A DNA stretch of 64,000 nucleotides. Origin: an uncultured cyanobacterium. GTDB lineage: Bacteria > Cyanobacteriota > Cyanobacteriia > PCC-9006 > JAAUQQ01. The translations under genes and the position numbers were made by a program. Below, piece after piece: positions 61,383 through 64,000 of the stretch. Location: positions 4,160,001-4,224,000 of the forward strand of contig OY970368.1 of NCBI GenBank assembly GCA_963718615.1. The letters run 5' to 3'. The notes beneath the pieces were generated by a model. The model was not told the origin of the DNA. It was given only the letters and a program-made list of their open reading frames with translations, and made no database searches. Numbering within the stretch: position 1 is the first letter of the stretch; each line of letters starts with the position of its first letter.

Positions 61383-63080
61383 TTATCCATTCAGCAAGGC
61401 TTCGACAAATTCGTAGCTGGAGAAAGGGCGTAGGTCGCTGATGCCTTCTCCGGCACCAATAAAACGAATGGGGAGGCCCAGTTGACGGACGACTGCGAGG
61501 GCAACGCCACCCCGAGCCGTTCCGTCTAGTTTGGTCAAAATGACACCGCTCAGTTCCGCTGCCTCGGCGAAGACTTCCGCTTGGCGCAGACCATTTTGGC
61601 CTAGGGTGGCATCTAGGACGAGCAAGGATTGAACCTTGGCTCCGGGGGCTTTTTTGTCGATGATACGGCGAACTTTGGACAGCTCGTCCATGAGGTTTTT
61701 CTTGTTTTGCAGACGACCGGCGGTGTCTATGAGGAGCAGTTCGGTGTTGCGGGATTGGGCGGCGGCGATCGCATCAAACACCACCGCAGCAGGATCCGTA
61801 TTCTGTCCAGGATTAGCGATGACTTCAATGCCACTGCGTTCGCCCCAAACCTTCACTTGCTGAACGGCTGCGGCCCGGAAGGTATCAGCGGCAGCGATGA
61901 GACAGCGATAGTCGGATTTGGTGGCCAGGTGGGCGAGTTTGCCAATCGTCGTGGTTTTGCCTGCGCCGTTGACGCCAGCCATCAGCCAGATATTGAGCTG
62001 ATCTTTTTCCGGCGCGAGCACCGGGATTTCGTCATCCTGGATCGGGGCATCCAGAAGTTCGCGAATGATGCGTTTGAGGTAGGCGATCGCCCGATCCGGC
62101 GGCAGCGCTTCTTCCCGCAGTTTGCCCTGGAGCGAGGCAATGATATAGTCCGTCGCATCGACGCCGACGTCCGCTTGCAGCAGCAGCGACTCAATTTCGA
62201 GGACAGCATCTTCGTTGAGGGGTCCCTGTCCAACGATCGCCTTGAGCTGATTGACTAAATTGCGACGGGTTTTGCCAAGCCCTTGGCGGAGACGGCTGAG
62301 CCAGGTAATTTCTTCGTAGGAAATCTCTTCTGGGCGACGACCTTGAGCCGCAAGGATTTCAGCAGACCAGATAAAGTTTTCATCGAACGTAATACGAGGA
62401 CCCTCCTCTAGGTCATCGGCTAGGTTATCGGTGCGATTTAGCGTTTCGGGATCCGGCTCTGGTTCTGGTTCCTCGATCGCCGTTGCCTTCAGACGCTCCA
62501 GCCGAGCCTCTCGCTCTGCCTCAGCACGAGCCAGTAAGGATAACGGTGCCGGAGCAGGGTCTGAATCCGGTTCTGGCTCCGGTTCTGGCTCCGGTTCTGA
62601 ATCATGCTCAGAACCCTGTTCCTCAGCGAGTACAGCCGCTCCAGTCTCCGCTTCTGAAACGGATTCAAGGGCTTCAGCTTCAATGGCTTCAGCTTCAATG
62701 GCTTCAGCGGATTCAGCCTCTGCTAGTTCAGCCTCCACCGGTTCAGCTTCCGCCGGTTCAGCTTCCGCCGGTTCAGCTTCCGCCAGTTCAGGGAGTGTAA
62801 GATCAGGTCCAGTCTCCCTTTCCGGTTCAGCCGCTACCGATTCTGTCCGTTCGGCGGGTTCAGCTGCCTCTGGCTCCGCTTCCTGGGTTTCCTGCTTCTG
62901 CTTGATGTGCTGAAACGCAGCCTTGGCCCATTCCAGATAGTCCTCATTCGGCGAATCTTCCGCTGTCTCTGTTTCAACTCCCTCAGCAGACATAGGCTCT
63001 GTAGCCTCCTCAGTCGTCTCCTGAGACAATTCATCGGATGTGTTCGCAGCGAACTTACGACGGAACCAGTCAAAAGCCAT
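61383..63080 (-). CDS. ftsY: SRP receptor FtsY
   Basis: Acidic repetitive N-terminus; GVNGAGKTTTIGK, DTFRAAA, DTAGR, TKLDG.A.GG, G.GE...DL. Confidence 0.98.
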   Translation of the reverse strand: MAFDWFRRKFAANTSDELSQETTEEATEPMSAEGVETETAEDSPNEDYLEWAKAAFQHIKQKQETQEAEPEAAEPAERTESVAAEPERETGPDLTLPELAEAEPAEAEPAEAEPVEAELAEAESAEAIEAEAIEAEALESVSEAETGAAVLAEEQGSEHDSEPEPEPEPEPDSDPAPAPLSLLARAEAEREARLERLKATAIEEPEPEPDPETLNRTDNLADDLEEGPRITFDENFIWSAEILAAQGRRPEEISYEEITWLSRLRQGLGKTRRNLVNQLKAIVGQGPLNEDAVLEIESLLLQADVGVDATDYIIASLQGKLREEALPPDRAIAYLKRIIRELLDAPIQDDEIPVLAPEKDQLNIWLMAGVNGAGKTTTIGKLAHLATKSDYRCLIAAADTFRAAAVQQVKVWGERSGIEVIANPGQNTDPAAVVFDAIAAAQSRNTELLLIDTAGRLQNKKNLMDELSKVRRIIDKKAPGAKVQSLLVLDATLGQNGLRQAEVFAEAAELSGVILTKLDGTARGGVALAVVRQLGLPIRFIGAGEGISDLRPFSSYEFVEALLNG

Positions 63081-63185
63081 AGCAGGTCTAAGGGTTTCTA
63101 AATGCGTGAATGGTCAAAGATAAAGATAAGGGAGGACAGGACCGGCCTTCCGGCAGACAGACTATTGGCTTGAGGCCGATTTGCC

Positions 63186-63866
63186 TTAGGCTGGATCTGC
63201 AATGACGGCCACCGGAGCCGATGAAGACTCTGAGTCTTTCTCCGTCGAGGAGGGCCCTGAATGTCGGGCATCCACAACCCGCCGTAAAACCCCATTGATG
63301 AACCGTTTGCCTTCCTCATCACTGTATCGTTTTGCCTGTTCCACTGCGGCATTGATCGACACCTGATGGGGGACGCCGAGGTAATTCATCTCGGCGATCG
63401 CAATTCGCAAAATATCTTGATCCAACTTAGGCAACCGGCTCAACCGCCACTCCACCATGGCCGATCCCAAGGCTTGATCAATGGTTTCCCGATGGGTCTT
63501 GATACAGCGGCTAATTTCTAGGGCGTAGGCTTGCACTTCCCGTTGGTTGGTCATTTGCAGCATCTCGGGAAACTCTAAAGCTCGTGCCGCGCGGTTGATG
63601 GCATTGCGCGTCAGTTCACTAGCCTCCCGCACCATGGCCTTGCTGCTCTCTAGGGTGACCGCATTAACATCGGTACGAAAAAGCTGATTGTTGCTCTGGA
63701 TGAGTTCATCACTGGCCGCAGCCAATAAATCCTGGGCCTCTCCACTGAGAATCCGCACCGCAGCCAAGACAAGCTCCTGCAACGACACGTCTTTTTCGAG
63801 GGAACGTTTAGAAAACTGACTCAAACTCAACAGTGCGAGTTCGCGGGCAACTTGACGGGCTTGCAT
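63186..63866 (-). CDS. nusB: Transcription antitermination factor NusB
   Basis: RQVARELAL, W...RL..LD.DILR.A..E, V.IN.AVE.AKRY, FINGVL. Confidence 0.95.
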   Translation of the reverse strand: MQARQVARELALLSLSQFSKRSLEKDVSLQELVLAAVRILSGEAQDLLAAASDELIQSNNQLFRTDVNAVTLESSKAMVREASELTRNAINRAARALEFPEMLQMTNQREVQAYALEISRCIKTHRETIDQALGSAMVEWRLSRLPKLDQDILRIAIAEMNYLGVPHQVSINAAVEQAKRYSDEEGKRFINGVLRRVVDARHSGPSSTEKDSESSSAPVAVIADPA

Positions 63867-64000
63867 GGCAGATCCTCAAAATCAAACAACAAAAACTGGA
63901 TTGTCAAGGTTCGAAGGGTGAACAGTAGAACCTAAGAAGGCTCCTCTTCCAACGGCAGGGAAGAAATTCGGCGCTCTGAACGGAGATTACTCACGGAACG

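Noticed and set aside
62431-62913. Ser/Ala/Gly-rich 160-aa ORF
   Set aside because: Reverse-strand reading of the FtsY acidic repeats

Overview
Cyanobacterial chromosomal DNA: the HIP1 palindrome GCGATCGC is abundant, and psaC, tkt-fabF-acpP and nusB-ftsY-PP2C-argH are present. The window has four blocks. (1) 0.5-22.8 kb is an accessory cell-surface/signalling island: a HEXXH/RTX/cadherin metalloprotease with a decayed upstream copy, an overlapping FHA-like/TPR-CHAT/DUF928 operon, an Ig-repeat RTX adhesin, a stand-alone fatty acyl-AMP ligase with an altered A4 motif, and an HTH-AAA-like ATPase paired with an AAA-like ATPase-CHASE2 receptor. (2) 22.9-33.1 kb is mostly housekeeping: Anbu, tkt, fabF, acpP, HdrB-like, psaC, glmS, two Uma2 genes. 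(3) 33.3-55.6 kb is a mosaic surface-glycan cluster: broken and intact wzm, wzt with a C-terminal CBM, a methyltransferase-coiled-coil-GT2-GT2 protein, further GTs and methyltransferases, galE, rmlC/D/A, gmd and a second ABC flippase. (4) 55.6-64 kb holds a VapBC-like module flanked by two ~97-bp copies of an hsdS 3' end, a truncated ABC-type ATPase fused to hsdS debris, then argH, a GAF-PP2C phosphatase, ftsY and nusB. Best leads: the kinase-free CHASE2/AAA/HTH + exported CHAT system, the hsdS-repeat-bounded cargo, and a G-rich to C-rich switch centred on many HIP1 sites. No tRNA, rRNA, CRISPR array or transposase was recognised. All family calls come from motif recognition by eye, not database searches.
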